Virus record (IMG/VR): IMGVR_UViG_3300031087_000527
Coordinates: 1 to 64,000 of that record
DNA from: a virus
Lineage: Duplodnaviria > Heunggongvirae > Uroviricota > Caudoviricetes
Strand: one strand, 5' to 3'
DNA: 64,000 nt
A program made the translations under genes and the position numbers. Below are positions 1-10,282 of this stretch, piece after piece; position 1 is the first letter of the stretch; each line of letters starts with the position of its first letter. The notes beneath the pieces are model-generated. The model made no database searches. It worked only from the letters and a program-made list of their open reading frames with translations, and had not been told where the DNA came from.

Positions 1-483
1 TTAAAGATAACAGGTAAGTTGGAGTTCGGTTTTATCAGGAATATATTCTCCGGTAAAACGTTCAGGCATATCGATGCCGTTAAACACCTGTGTAATAATA
101 AAACCATTTTTTGTGAAGAAGCCACTACAAGACAGGAAGATGTCTTCAGCGATAGTGACATTGCAATACTCACCAGCATAGTAGTCTTTGATGATTTTCA
201 TGAAAGCCGAGCCGATGCCATAGTGGTGAAACTGGTCATGAATATATAAGGTGCAGAGTTTATTCTCATCGCCTTTTTTGAAGATAGTGATACCTGCGAC
301 TTGCTCACCGACGAGAGCGACATAGGCTTTGCGATCAGGAGAAGGAAGTTCTGAGGCGACTTTGGCAAACCAGCGAGGAAAGTCTGGATAGGTATTGACA
401 AGATGCTTAGTGATGTCTGTGGCATAATGGATAAAGTCATCTTGTGAGAGCAATGCTTTGATTTGAAATGTTGAGTCTGTCAT
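1..483 (-). CDS. GNAT-family acetyltransferase
   Basis: KLCTLYI..QFHHYGIGSAFM (motif A Q/RxxGxG/A) and FFTKNGF; RBS GGAGAG before ATG at 483. Confidence 0.75.
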   Translation of the reverse strand: MTDSTFQIKALLSQDDFIHYATDITKHLVNTYPDFPRWFAKVASELPSPDRKAYVALVGEQVAGITIFKKGDENKLCTLYIHDQFHHYGIGSAFMKIIKDYYAGEYCNVTIAEDIFLSCSGFFTKNGFIITQVFNGIDMPERFTGEYIPDKTELQLTCYL

Positions 484-668
484 ATTATCTCGCTCTCCTG
501 TTTGATATAGCATAAACGCTTAGACCGTTCCTATTGTGGAGAAAGTATAGCAAAATAAGAAGGTGTTTAAAAGGAAAAGATTTTCTCTAAGAGTAAATAA
601 AGTGATTGAATCTCATAAGTAGGAAATGGTATAATAAAAGAGAGAGTATATAAAAAAGGTTGACGGGT

Positions 669-676
669 CCACCAGC
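669..676 (-). other. Chi site (GCTGGTGG on minus strand); further intergenic copies at 2026, 5589, 7356, 52881
   Basis: Exact CCACCAGC on + strand. Confidence 0.6.
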
Positions 677-749
677 ATAAGAGACAACAAAGTATTAGCA
701 TGTGATGGCACAATGCGATATACTAATGAAAATCGGATAAGGGGTAACT

Positions 750-1154
750 GTGATGCGTGAGATGAGAAACGGTGTTATTGTAGAGAAGAGTGTGGAAGGT
801 TGTCGTATTGAGGGTTATCTCAATGATGACCGTATTATTGCCATCACGAATTTCAATATTACACGTTGCTTTATGGTTTCTCAGAGCAAGGCGCTTGCAG
901 GAGGGTTGGACAATGCTCTGGAGTATAACAAGATAATGACTGCTGCCTTAGACATGGTAGAGTCATTACGTGCGGAGTGTGAAGGCCGGGTAACTATTGG
1001 TCTGATTGAGCGGGACGGTGAGTGGATTATTACCAGTGATGGATTTGATATTGGTAAAGAGACGAGCCAGGAGGATGGTGTTGCTACGGCGAAATACTTT
1101 AAGCAAGCATATGAGAGTAAAGGTGTCATTGTATCCTACTCGGTGGAAGAATAA
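750..1154 (+). CDS. hypothetical protein
   Basis: ORF between promoter (TATACT ~719) and terminator; C-terminus resembles ORF 1512-1700. Confidence 0.75.
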   Translation: MMREMRNGVIVEKSVEGCRIEGYLNDDRIIAITNFNITRCFMVSQSKALAGGLDNALEYNKIMTAALDMVESLRAECEGRVTIGLIERDGEWIITSDGFDIGKETSQEDGVATAKYFKQAYESKGVIVSYSVEE

Positions 1155-1158
1155 GAGA

Positions 1159-1181
1159 GGCCTCCTTCGGGAGGTTTTTTT
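1159..1181 (+). terminator. intrinsic terminator, cUUCGg loop
   Basis: GGCCTCCTTCGGGAGGTTTTTTT. Confidence 0.85.
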
Positions 1182-1205
1182 ATTGGTTGAACATAAAGAA
1201 GGTGC

Positions 1206-1250
1206 TTGCTTGTATTGTCATTAAGGCGTATACTTCTTTTATCGAAACGA
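1206..1250 (+). promoter_or_regulatory. sigma70 promoter with TTGTCAT box
   Basis: TTGCTT-17bp(gtaTTGTCATtaaggcg)-TATACT-tcttttatcgaaacga. Confidence 0.85.
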
Positions 1251-1272
1251 AACAGAGATAGGAAAGAGAGCG

Positions 1273-1461
1273 ATGAACGATTGGATCACGATTAAAGAGA
1301 TTACTGAAATCAAGCCACACTACAGTGGTAAAGCGTGGGTTCTGGTTGGTAAGGGTCGTTCTGATTTACGCAATGCTGTTGTTGACTTCATGCGCATTGA
1401 GACTAACAAGTCAGATTTAGAGGCGCTGAAGGTTGGGATGACAATCGATCAGCGTATTTAA
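1273..1461 (+). CDS. hypothetical protein
   Basis: ORF after promoter with RBS. Confidence 0.75.
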   Translation: MNDWITIKEITEIKPHYSGKAWVLVGKGRSDLRNAVVDFMRIETNKSDLEALKVGMTIDQRI

Positions 1462-1511
1462 GAAAACGAGGGGCTGCGCTTAGCGGCCTCTTTATTTGAT
1501 AGAGGGATAAG

Positions 1512-1700
1512 ATGGAAGAAGTCGAGGTATTGATTGGCTTTGATGGTGGTAAAGATTATTGGTATGTAGAGATTGGACGTAAAGAGGTTTTCCAGTCGAG
1601 AGAGTATGAGGAGAGTTTGGCCTATGCTCACGGAGCGAAAGAAGCGTTTGCGCAATGTGGAGTTATCGTAATTTTTACAAACAGTGGCGAAGAGATTTAA
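1512..1700 (+). CDS. hypothetical protein
   Basis: RBS GAGGG; acidic small ORF. Confidence 0.7.
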   Translation: MEEVEVLIGFDGGKDYWYVEIGRKEVFQSREYEESLAYAHGAKEAFAQCGVIVIFTNSGEEI

Positions 1701-1746
1701 GTTTTTAAGAGAGCCATTTCATTTAAGATTTTTAACGAGGTAAGAG

Positions 1747-2025
1747 ATGAACAAATCTACTCCGGGTCCGTGGAAAAAAGTGAATGGTGGTCTGATTGGC
1801 GCTAACGGTAAAGATGTCGTCTTAGGCAAGAGTGGTTTTAGCCTGAGCACGGCGGGAAGCTGTGATGAAGAAGCGATTGATAACGGCATCCTTGCTGGAA
1901 CAGCTCCAGAGCTGCTGGCGGCATTAGAGCACCTTTTGGGGTGTGCGGAGAAAGGTGAGGTTCCTGATGGTGTGGCTATCACGGGAGTGAAGCGTATTAT
2001 TGGTAAGGCGCGTAATAAGGTCTAA
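1747..2025 (+). CDS. phage TPGPW...APELL family hypothetical protein
   Basis: TPGPW and NGILAGTAPELL motifs; paralog of 9904-10221. Confidence 0.75.
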   Translation: MNKSTPGPWKKVNGGLIGANGKDVVLGKSGFSLSTAGSCDEEAIDNGILAGTAPELLAALEHLLGCAEKGEVPDGVAITGVKRIIGKARNKV

Positions 2026-2086
2026 CCACCAGCAAAGTTAAAGAAGCTGCCTTCGGGTGGCTTTTTGTTTTATGCGGAAAAAGTGC

Positions 2087-2130
2087 TTGCATGTATTGTC
2101 ATTAAAGCATATACTTCTTTTATCGAAACG
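2087..2130 (+). promoter_or_regulatory. sigma70 promoter with TTGTCAT box
   Basis: TTGCAT-17bp-TATACT; near-identical to 1206 and 28414 promoters. Confidence 0.85.
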
Positions 2131-2147
2131 AGGGTGGGAAGAGAAAA

Positions 2148-2558
2148 ATGGCTTACTTGAGCAAAGAGCATAAGGCGAAGATTGTGGCAGCGGTTAAGGC
2201 TGTATTGCCGAAAGATTGGAAGGCGAGCTTTGCGATCAGACATGCTTCTGGTATTGTGATGACGATTAAGAGCACGCCGTTAACGCTGGAGCAGATTTTT
2301 GGCAAAGAGGCGTGTGATGCTCAGGGTGATTATCGTCGCTTTGAGGGTGTGCTGGGTCATGTAGAGGTTCATCATTTGGGTCGTCTTGATCGTGATATTA
2401 AGGATGAGGGCGCACGTGAGATTCTGGAGAAGGTAGTTGCGGCGTTGAATCTGGACAACTACAACAACAGTGATCTGATGACGGATTACCATGATGTAGG
2501 TCATTATGTGGATCTGCAGTTTGGGCATTACGAAAGGCCTTATGCGGTGAAGGCGTAA
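2148..2558 (+). CDS. LPD29-like (large polyvalent protein-associated domain) protein
   Basis: C-terminal NNSDLMTDYHDVGHY matches the remembered D.SD.MTDYFD..FY signature. Confidence 0.6.
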   Translation: MAYLSKEHKAKIVAAVKAVLPKDWKASFAIRHASGIVMTIKSTPLTLEQIFGKEACDAQGDYRRFEGVLGHVEVHHLGRLDRDIKDEGAREILEKVVAALNLDNYNNSDLMTDYHDVGHYVDLQFGHYERPYAVKA

Positions 2559-2681
2559 GAAAGAATAAAGAGGCTACCTTCGGGTAGCTTTTTTGTTGTA
2601 CAGGATAAAGAGTTGTCATATAATGGGAAGATAATCGCTAAAAGTAATCAAAAGTGGGATAATAATCCTATAGGAGAAAAC

Positions 2682-3245
2682 ATGCTGAGTATGTCAAATA
2701 GTGGTGCGGTGAGTATGCGTCGAAGTGTTCCGGGCGTGGAGGTTATGAATAGTGTTGTTCCTTCAAAAAAAGAAGACGTGATAAACTTCTCTGATTTAAT
2801 GGCTATGTCTAACGTTCACGGAACGGCAAAGGCGTTTTTAGATAAAGTTGTGGCGTGTAAAAATCGCTATGATAATGCGGATGAGTTTACGGTAAGCTAT
2901 CGGAGCAGTTCTTTGGGATTAACTGCTGGTATCCTTTATGTAAAAGATGGCTTCAGTGTAGATCGCCGTGAAGATGGCTATAATGAAAAGTTAAAGCGTA
3001 GTCTGAAGATGTATGTAGGTTACCTCAAAGTGAGAAATGTGCGTAATCATGGTAAAGACATTCTTGGCGTGTATAAGTCGTTAAAGGATATCCGGGCAAA
3101 GCTGACAGTTGACAATATTTTAGAGGCATTGCGGAAAAGCGATGTTTTTTGTATCTACTCGGATTATTACAAGGTAGAGATCAGCAAAGGGAAGACGAAG
3201 AGTATTGTAGAGGTGGATGGTCATAAGATTGATTTATCCCAATAA
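2682..3245 (+). CDS. hypothetical protein, paralog family A
   Basis: RBS AGGAGA; VHGTAKAF and C-terminal IDLS shared with 3337, 57478, 59319. Confidence 0.75.
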   Translation: MLSMSNSGAVSMRRSVPGVEVMNSVVPSKKEDVINFSDLMAMSNVHGTAKAFLDKVVACKNRYDNADEFTVSYRSSSLGLTAGILYVKDGFSVDRREDGYNEKLKRSLKMYVGYLKVRNVRNHGKDILGVYKSLKDIRAKLTVDNILEALRKSDVFCIYSDYYKVEISKGKTKSIVEVDGHKIDLSQ

Positions 3246-3336
3246 GGAATAACGAGAAGCTGCCTACGGGTGGCTTTTTTATTTGTACGGGAAAAGGGGA
3301 TGTGATAGAATGGAGTAAAATGGGCGGAGAAAAATA

Positions 3337-3816
3337 ATGAGTGTTATTAGCTATTCGGATTTAATGAAGAGTTTTGGTGATGTTCACGGAACAGCAAAGC
3401 CATTCGTTGAAGATTTGATTGGGCGTAAGCAGCGATTTGACGAAGAGAGTTTATTCAGAAGATTTTCTTTTTTATTTTTTGGTTATGTTATTTTGTTGGA
3501 TAATGAGCCGTGCGTGGAAAAAGAGTTAGTTGTGGATATAGACGCATCAGAAAAAGAGATTGCCGAGAAGATTGGGTTAATGCTTTCGGGATTACGTTTA
3601 TCGAAGCGTTATAAGCAGAATCTGAGTAATGTAGATTTTTATCGATTAGCGAGAGATTTTCATAAGAAGTGTAATGTGGAAAACATCCTACGGGAGCACA
3701 AGGCTAATAATGGTGTGTTCAGTGTGAGCAATGAGTATTATGCTGTGGGATTGACTAAGCAGGAGCCGGACGGCGAGATAGAGTTGAATGGTTTCACTGT
3801 AGATCTGTCGAGGTGA
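3337..3816 (+). CDS. hypothetical protein, paralog family A
   Basis: SDLM..VHGTAKPF; ends VDLSR. Confidence 0.8.
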   Translation: MSVISYSDLMKSFGDVHGTAKPFVEDLIGRKQRFDEESLFRRFSFLFFGYVILLDNEPCVEKELVVDIDASEKEIAEKIGLMLSGLRLSKRYKQNLSNVDFYRLARDFHKKCNVENILREHKANNGVFSVSNEYYAVGLTKQEPDGEIELNGFTVDLSR

Positions 3817-3822
3817 TGAATA

Positions 3823-4038
3823 GTGAATAGGAAGCAGAAATCGCTGATTGATTTGGAAGCACTAATAGACGATGGGATATCATTGGGTTCACATGATTTG
3901 CGGATTAAGGTGTTAGCGATGGCCTTGGAAGAGTCAGCCAGGGGGACGGGTCATTACTATGAGGCATTAAGATTATTATCATTGATTTTGCCGGAAGAGT
4001 ATGAAGAAGCATTTAAGCGATTAAAAGAAGATGAATAA
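3823..4038 (+). CDS. hypothetical protein
   Basis: ORF in operon. Confidence 0.6.
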   Translation: MNRKQKSLIDLEALIDDGISLGSHDLRIKVLAMALEESARGTGHYYEALRLLSLILPEEYEEAFKRLKEDE

Positions 4039-4372
4039 AACTGCAGAGGATAAATATATGTCAAATGAAATTGCGGTATCGTTAGTGCATAAATCGGCGG
4101 CTAATCTTTTTTACACTAGTTTCTTTATTATTGAGGAAGAGAAGCTTGGTGTATTGGCGCGGTGGAATCCTGAGCTTAAGTTAGTGAGTAATAATGGTGA
4201 TGCGTATACGTGTCGCTTTAATAATTTTGAGTTGAATGTTAAGACACGTTCGCAGAGCATTATCAAATCACTGAGAGAGAATAATATGGCGGGGTCGCCG
4301 TATGGCTTTGACATTCTTGGCTTGGTTGCTGAGTTGGATCCTGATTGGGAATATCGCGAAGAAACTGCTTGA
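4031..4372 (+). CDS. hypothetical protein
   Basis: ORF in operon. Confidence 0.7.
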   Translation: MNKTAEDKYMSNEIAVSLVHKSAANLFYTSFFIIEEEKLGVLARWNPELKLVSNNGDAYTCRFNNFELNVKTRSQSIIKSLRENNMAGSPYGFDILGLVAELDPDWEYREETA

Positions 4373-4444
4373 GGTTATTGTCATTAAGCATTATACTGTT
4401 TTCATTGAAGGGCGATGTGCCTGATTGAAATCAAAGGTGAAGAC

Positions 4445-4630
4445 ATGAAAGTGCGGATTACTAAATCGAATACCTCTTTTGTGCGTGTTGGTGAGATTAC
4501 GGAGGTGACTGAGCTTAATGGTCAGCCGCATCGTATGTGGAGTGATTTTTGTAAGCGTTATGAAGACGTAAGCTGGTGTAAGCGTTTTTGGTGTGTGGAG
4601 TATGAAGTGCTGGAAGAGGCGAGCGTTTAA
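4445..4630 (+). CDS. hypothetical protein
   Basis: RBS AAGGTG after promoter. Confidence 0.7.
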   Translation: MKVRITKSNTSFVRVGEITEVTELNGQPHRMWSDFCKRYEDVSWCKRFWCVEYEVLEEASV

Positions 4631-4704
4631 CGGTTGAGGTTGATGATAGGGCTATTCGGTGGATAGCTCTTTTTTATTTGTCTGTGGTTGATTGGAAAAG
4701 AAAG

Positions 4705-4908
4705 ATGAGCGAAAACATTATCATGCGTGGGAATCTGATCACTGTTAAGAAAGAGATGGTGAAGAAATCAGAGATTCGTGATTTTCTGAAGGTTCATGTG
4801 CCGGAGGCGAGTGCGGCGGAGCGGCGTTATTTGGCGAACTTGTTGAAGGCAGAAGGTGTCATTTTTAACTATAAGACGCTGCTTGAGTTGGATTTGATTC
4901 TTAGCTGA
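4705..4908 (+). CDS. hypothetical protein
   Basis: ORF with RBS. Confidence 0.6.
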   Translation: MSENIIMRGNLITVKKEMVKKSEIRDFLKVHVPEASAAERRYLANLLKAEGVIFNYKTLLELDLILS

Positions 4909-4937
4909 TTATTATTTTCAAAAAGAAGGAATGTGCT

Positions 4938-5153
4938 ATGAAGTGGATTAATAAAAAAGATGTTGCTTTGCCTGTGGGCAAGACGGTGATGGTTCGTGCG
5001 ATTAACTGTGGCTGTGAGTATATGGATTATGTCCGTGTAGAGCAGTGGCGTGATGGCGAGCCGAAGCTGATGACAGGCCAGATGTTTGATGATATTTCCT
5101 TCATTGAGGCTGATGAGGTAACGCATTGGATGGAGATTGAATCTCCAGAATAA
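4938..5153 (+). CDS. DUF551-like protein
   Basis: MKWI....LP ... VTHWMEI.SPE. Confidence 0.7.
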   Translation: MKWINKKDVALPVGKTVMVRAINCGCEYMDYVRVEQWRDGEPKLMTGQMFDDISFIEADEVTHWMEIESPE

Positions 5154-5270
5154 AGCGGTAAAAATAAAAGTGAGAAAATAGCGAAATATGTGTTGTCATT
5201 AAGCATAGGTTTCGCTATACTGTTTTTATTGAAGCAGAGAACGAACTCCCTCACTTTTAAGGAATGCATT

Positions 5271-5579
5271 ATGAACGCTACCATGACTACTGACACTAAA
5301 GAAATGGTTAAGAATGTTTCTGTTTTAGAGACATCGGTTCTGAAGGCGGTATTTGGTTTTGCTCAGAAGAAGAAGAACGTGAGCTTTCCGAAAGAGGTGT
5401 TGGTAGATCGTGAGGTGTTGAAGTCAAATCAGGTTAACGCGTTATTAACTAACCTGAAGGCGAAAAATATTATTGAGGTGAACGTTGATCTGTTTGGTTT
5501 CTCGATGGTGTCGATGACATTTGACGGCATTAAGTTTTGTGAAGGTCTGATGCGTAAGAAGGCGAAGAAAGCTGCGTAA
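5271..5579 (+). CDS. small basic protein (possible winged-helix), paralog of 6596-6871
   Basis: RBS AAGGA; near-identical to 6596 ORF; ends KKAKKAA. Confidence 0.8.
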   Translation: MNATMTTDTKEMVKNVSVLETSVLKAVFGFAQKKKNVSFPKEVLVDREVLKSNQVNALLTNLKAKNIIEVNVDLFGFSMVSMTFDGIKFCEGLMRKKAKKAA

Positions 5580-5673
5580 GATGAAGAGCCACCAGCGAGG
5601 TGGCTTTTTTGTTTTAGGAGAGGTTTATCATTAGAAATTTTCTTTTAACCCTATTAACTATTGAGGTAAGAAT

Positions 5674-5961
5674 ATGCATTACAAAGAAAAATATTTGAGA
5701 GATTTCATCCAATATTTATACGATATCATTTCTGAAAATGAAGATAGTGTAAATCTTGTAAAAAATATTGAAAGCCATTTGAATAAATTAAAGGATTCAG
5801 ATGATATTTCATTTGAGTATGATAAATATTCTGATGTTGCAAGTTATTGTTCATTGACTGTGAAAAAAGGTAATGGCAAAATAGAAGAATATTTTGCTAG
5901 TGGTGATGATATAACATTATCAGTTCTAAAAGATCAAAAAAGCAAAAAATATGTTTTATAG
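5674..5961 (+). CDS. hypothetical protein, paralog of 23631-23930
   Basis: Y.SL...EYFAS.DD shared. Confidence 0.75.
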   Translation: MHYKEKYLRDFIQYLYDIISENEDSVNLVKNIESHLNKLKDSDDISFEYDKYSDVASYCSLTVKKGNGKIEEYFASGDDITLSVLKDQKSKKYVL

Positions 5962-6058
5962 TATATTTGGTTTTTGAAAGAAAAGACTTGAGTTTGGGAA
6001 GATGTTGTCATATACTATCTTTATTGAAACGACACACTCTTAAAAAATAGGTGCTAAC

Positions 6059-6463
6059 ATGTTTAAACAGATCGCGGGTTCATCATTGGTATCGGGTTCA
6101 CTGGTTCTGGCGCTTTTTGAGTTTGCGCGTTCGAATACGTTCCATGCTGCGAAGACGCGCATTGTTTTGAATGAGGATGGCAGTGTATTTGATTACTGCT
6201 TTACGGACGGTACAAAGCTTAATCTGAATGAGTTGCCAACGCGTTATATGGCTATTCCGGCAGACAGTGAGTTTACTGAGCTTACGGAAGACATGAAAAA
6301 TGCGCCGCTGCAGGAAGACGTGCTGATCAAGTTTGCGGACGGTTCGATTGAGAATGCGACATTTGAGCTGGACGATGATGGTGCGGTGATCTACTGTTTG
6401 TTTGATGGTGATATGCTGACTTATAATCCGACTCACTTTATGAAAATGCCAGAGATTGGCTAA
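6059..6463 (+). CDS. hypothetical protein with C-terminal DUF551-like region
   Basis: ends PTHFMKMPE. Confidence 0.7.
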   Translation: MFKQIAGSSLVSGSLVLALFEFARSNTFHAAKTRIVLNEDGSVFDYCFTDGTKLNLNELPTRYMAIPADSEFTELTEDMKNAPLQEDVLIKFADGSIENATFELDDDGAVIYCLFDGDMLTYNPTHFMKMPEIG

Positions 6464-6595
6464 AGAGAGAAGCCGCCTGCGGGTGGCTTTTTTTATGGAT
6501 AACTGAAAATAAGTGTTGTCATTAAGTGATGATAGAGATATACTGTTTTCATTGAGGCAGAGAATGAACTTAAATCACTTTTAAAGGAACACATC

Positions 6596-6871
6596 ATGAT
6601 CACGACTATCTCTACTTTAGAAACTTCAGTTTTGAAAGCGGTATTTGGTCTGGCTCAGAAGACTAAAAACGTGAACTTTCCTAAAGAGTTGTTGGTTGAT
6701 GAGAAGGTGTTGAAAGCAAATCAGGTGAATACTGTTCTTATGAATCTGAGAGCAAAAAAGATTATTGAGGTAAACGTTGATCTGTTTGGCTTCTCAATGG
6801 TGTCGATGACATTTGACGGCGTGAGATTCTGTAAAGGTCTGATGCGTAAGAAAGCAAAGAAAGCTGCGTAA
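6596..6871 (+). CDS. small basic protein, paralog of 5271-5579
   Basis: High identity to 5271 ORF. Confidence 0.8.
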   Translation: MITTISTLETSVLKAVFGLAQKTKNVNFPKELLVDEKVLKANQVNTVLMNLRAKKIIEVNVDLFGFSMVSMTFDGVRFCKGLMRKKAKKAA

Positions 6872-7008
6872 TATTAAGAGAGCTGCCTGCGGGTGGCTCT
6901 TTTGTTTTTAAGAGAGAGCCTTTTCATTTAAGTCGCGTTTTAAAGCTTTTATTATTGTCATTATAATGCTATACTGATTTTATTGAAGTCAACCTTGAGA
7001 GAAAGCTG

Positions 7009-7278
7009 ATGAAAACGAAGAAGCCTGTAAACGTGCGTATTGTTGAGCTGAGTTTTGAATATGGAGAGCCAAAATATGTCATTGAACGTGAGCATGTATA
7101 TTTTGGTATTTTCTCATCATGGAAACGTGATAAGGTTTTGATTGATTCGTGGTTTGGTGTTTTTGATATGGATCGTGAGTTTGCTTCATACATTGAAGCT
7201 GAAAGTTATATTGAGTCTAACTATAAAAACTATGAGTTGGTAGAGCCGCTGTCAGAAAAAGTGAGTTGTATGTGGTAA
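7009..7278 (+). CDS. hypothetical protein, paralog of 21091-21375
   Basis: KY.(I/V)E...FGIFS.WK...F.S...A..(Y/F)I shared. Confidence 0.75.
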   Translation: MKTKKPVNVRIVELSFEYGEPKYVIEREHVYFGIFSSWKRDKVLIDSWFGVFDMDREFASYIEAESYIESNYKNYELVEPLSEKVSCMW

Positions 7279-7493
7279 AGCAGTATTGAACAATAAAGAG
7301 CTGCCTGCGGGTGGCTTTTTTTATGGGCGCAGGAAATTGATGGATGGGATTGAGTCCACCAGCGAGGGAAGAATCTTTTAAGAGAGATTTGTTTCATAGA
7401 AATGGCTTTTAGTTTTTTGTGGTAATGTAAAGATAGATGATTTTGATATGGTTTTATGTTATAGTGTGGCAATGATAAAATAGGGGAAATATT

Positions 7494-8204
7494 ATGACTT
7501 ACACACATGAGCAGATGAAGGAAAAGTTTGGGACAGTGTTTGTGATTAATGCGTTGAAGGGTTTTGCGGTAGAGGAGCATTACCATACCGGGTATTTCCC
7601 TTATGAGGCTTTTTCAACGCCGGAAGAAGCTGCTGAGGATTTTCGGGGTAAGGCTCTGGAACGTTATCGTGAAGAGACTGAGAGTGCTGAGCGTGAGGTT
7701 GCGGCTTATGAGGGTAAGCCTGTGATTTTACGTTTGCTGTCATGGGGAGCGAGCAGGCGCGATTATGTAGTAGCTAAGGGCATGATGGAAGAAGCGGATC
7801 GGAGGCTGAAGAAGAAGCTTGCTAATGTTGAGAGTGGGTCTGTAAGTTATTTGGATAAAGATAAGGTGTATGAGATAGAGTATCCTGATCTGAAGGTGGG
7901 TGATAAGGTGTATCTGGTGGTTCTGGAGAAGAACTTGCTGGAGGAAGGTTTATACACTGGAGAGATTTTTGATATTAAGTATAGTCTTGTGAATAGTAAT
8001 CAGGTTAAGTTCACGGGAGCATTTAGCCTTGGTTTGGGTGGAGAGCGTGAGGAGCTGCAGTTAAACACGGATAATGAGGGTAAGCTGAGAGATGGTTATA
8101 TGCATCATGAGGTATTCCTGGATGAGGCAGAGGCGAGAGCGTGTTATCAGGCAAGGATGGTTGAACGCTTAGCGTATTTCGAGAAGAAAGCTAAGGGCGA
8201 ATAA
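7494..8204 (+). CDS. hypothetical protein
   Basis: 236-aa ORF with RBS. Confidence 0.8.
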   Translation: MTYTHEQMKEKFGTVFVINALKGFAVEEHYHTGYFPYEAFSTPEEAAEDFRGKALERYREETESAEREVAAYEGKPVILRLLSWGASRRDYVVAKGMMEEADRRLKKKLANVESGSVSYLDKDKVYEIEYPDLKVGDKVYLVVLEKNLLEEGLYTGEIFDIKYSLVNSNQVKFTGAFSLGLGGEREELQLNTDNEGKLRDGYMHHEVFLDEAEARACYQARMVERLAYFEKKAKGE

Positions 8205-8234
8205 AAATAATATTAACGGCTAAGAGGGTAGAGT

Positions 8235-8732
8235 ATGGGTCAGTATGATGATTGGAAAGAGATTGAGTTAACGGACGACAGTGACAAATATAAGCCTGTA
8301 TCGATCAAGGCTGCAAATAAGCTATTTACTGCTGGACGTTATTATGTGGGAGATTTATGTTATTTGTTGGATAAAGGTGAGGACTATGGAGTATTGAAAA
8401 GTATTTATTTCCATTATGTCTGTGGTTATGTTTGCGGGACAGATTATCGCAGGAAAAAGCGTTTAGTTGAGTGTGAGGATATTTCTTTCTTAGCATATTT
8501 TGGTATGACGGCGCATGGTGATGGTGGATTTAATGATAATCAAGGCCGTTCTTATTCGGTGGATGCTGGATTGATTGGCATAGTAGAGTTGAAGGATAGT
8601 GATTTAGAGGCCAGCGCCAGAGCAGTGGAGGCGAGAGGGAGTGGTCAGGTGATTGATTTTGGTGAGGCGTTTGAGGTGTCATCGAAGCGTAGCGTATTTA
8701 ACTTTGGTGATATTGAGATAAATACAAAATAA
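8235..8732 (+). CDS. conserved phage hypothetical (YYVGDLCY / YSVDAG family)
   Basis: Paralog of 13626-14159. Confidence 0.8.
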   Translation: MGQYDDWKEIELTDDSDKYKPVSIKAANKLFTAGRYYVGDLCYLLDKGEDYGVLKSIYFHYVCGYVCGTDYRRKKRLVECEDISFLAYFGMTAHGDGGFNDNQGRSYSVDAGLIGIVELKDSDLEASARAVEARGSGQVIDFGEAFEVSSKRSVFNFGDIEINTK

Positions 8733-8858
8733 TCACTGTTGATTATTATAATGGAATTAATAAAGAGCTGCCTACGGGTGGCTTTTTTGTTTTAAGAAAA
8801 GCTTGCACTGTGTTTTATGTTGTCATATAATACTTGAAAATCTAATGAGGAAGCGAAC

Positions 8859-9104
8859 ATGGCTGGCAACTTTACTATTCTGAAAGACAACGTTAAGCGT
8901 GAGATTGAGAAAGGTGCGGGTATCTGGAGTGCGATCAACCGTCATGTTAACAAATATAATAGCGTGGCATATTTATGCGCGATGGAAGATCCGGCGTTGT
9001 ATGTAAAGAAAGAGAAGAATGGTAAGATTCGTTATGAAGAAGGCATGACGAACGTTGACATTGCTCTGGTAAATGTTCAGAACAAACTTTACGATTGTTT
9101 CTAA
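8859..9104 (+). CDS. hypothetical protein, distant paralog of 33046-33315
   Basis: RBS GAGG after TTGTCA-TATAAT promoter. Confidence 0.75.
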   Translation: MAGNFTILKDNVKREIEKGAGIWSAINRHVNKYNSVAYLCAMEDPALYVKKEKNGKIRYEEGMTNVDIALVNVQNKLYDCF

Positions 9105-9122
9105 GCTAAGCTGAGGTAGCAT

Positions 9123-9260
9123 ATGCAAATAGATAAAGCGTTGGTTTATTTAAATGCGTTGATTCGTGAGGGGTATGAGTATCCTGATGCGCACACAAAA
9201 GCGGTATTGAAATACAATGTGGACGGAGATGAACTCTCTGAAGCGTATGACAATCAATAA
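9123..9260 (+). CDS. 45-aa small protein (not in ORF track)
   Basis: RBS GAGGT; MQIDKALVYLNALIREGYEYPDAHTKAVLKYNVDGDELSEAYDNQ. Confidence 0.7.
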   Translation: MQIDKALVYLNALIREGYEYPDAHTKAVLKYNVDGDELSEAYDNQ

Positions 9261-9315
9261 AAAGAGAAGCTTCCTTCACGCGATAATGCTCTTAGGTTTA
9301 ATGGTTGAGGTTTAA

Positions 9316-9540
9316 ATGATGGAAAAATATAAATCTGGTGTCACTAAAGGTGAAGTAAAAGCAATAAAAAACGGGGACGGCTTCAGCGTTCTCGTGGACG
9401 ATAAAATTGCGTGTAGCATGTCGTCTGGCGGTGCTCATCGTTTCAATAAGGAAATTCAAGCGGAAGTTTTTGGTAGACAGTACGTAAGAGGTTATACGGG
9501 AGGGACTTTTCTTTCAGAGGATGTTTCCAACTTTATTTAA
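9316..9540 (+). CDS. hypothetical protein
   Basis: RBS GAGGT. Confidence 0.7.
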   Translation: MMEKYKSGVTKGEVKAIKNGDGFSVLVDDKIACSMSSGGAHRFNKEIQAEVFGRQYVRGYTGGTFLSEDVSNFI

Positions 9541-9707
9541 ATAAACGCCTTACGCTAACTGCAGATGTATGCCTTAAAGGAAATAAAATCAGAAGAGAAG
9601 CTTCCTCCGGGGAGCTTTTTTATTGTCTGATTTTATTGCTTGCAGTTAACGACAACAATAGATATACTGATTTTATTGAAACGAGTTGAGTTGATAAAGG
9701 AAATGTT

Positions 9708-9902
9708 ATGCCTGAGAACTATTACATTTATTGCAATAACTGTTGTTTGAGAAGGCGTGTAAATAAGGTGTATCATTTCCGTGAAACGGGCGAGCCATTT
9801 GTGTATGACATTGATAATATGCCTGTTTCGCTGAAGGCGTTGAAAGAAGTGTCAAAGGTGGATTGGTGGGTGATGAAAAACTACAAACCGAAGGGGTATT
9901 AA
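9708..9902 (+). CDS. hypothetical protein
   Basis: RBS AAGGA after promoter. Confidence 0.65.
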   Translation: MPENYYIYCNNCCLRRRVNKVYHFRETGEPFVYDIDNMPVSLKALKEVSKVDWWVMKNYKPKGY

Positions 9903-9903
9903 T

Positions 9904-10221
9904 ATGAGCTTTGCAGGCACAAAAGGCCCGTGGTATTTGGACGAAGGCTGGGTGGATGGGCATATCAGCTTGTCGAGTGATGATCATAGTGCCTTTGCTG
10001 AGATTTTGGTTGAGATGGAAGATACCACCATCGAGCGGCAGCGTAAAGAGTTTGAGGCTAACGCTAAGGTTATGGTGATTGCGCCAGAGATGTATGCTTT
10101 AGTTGAGGCGATGAAAGCAGATCAGAAGGTTTACGATGTGCTGAAGGTGTTAAATCCTGGCTTAGTTGAACAGGTGGAGAAAATTCTAAGCCATATGGAA
10201 AGTGAGATGGTATTGCGATAG
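9904..10221 (+). CDS. phage T(K/P)GPW...ANA..APE family protein
   Basis: TKGPW, ANAKVMVIAPEM. Confidence 0.75.
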   Translation: MSFAGTKGPWYLDEGWVDGHISLSSDDHSAFAEILVEMEDTTIERQRKEFEANAKVMVIAPEMYALVEAMKADQKVYDVLKVLNPGLVEQVEKILSHMESEMVLR

Positions 10222-10282
10222 TGCTTGATGTTGATAAAACGCTGGGCTATACTTTGTTGACTTTAAAGAGAGGATTATTCAG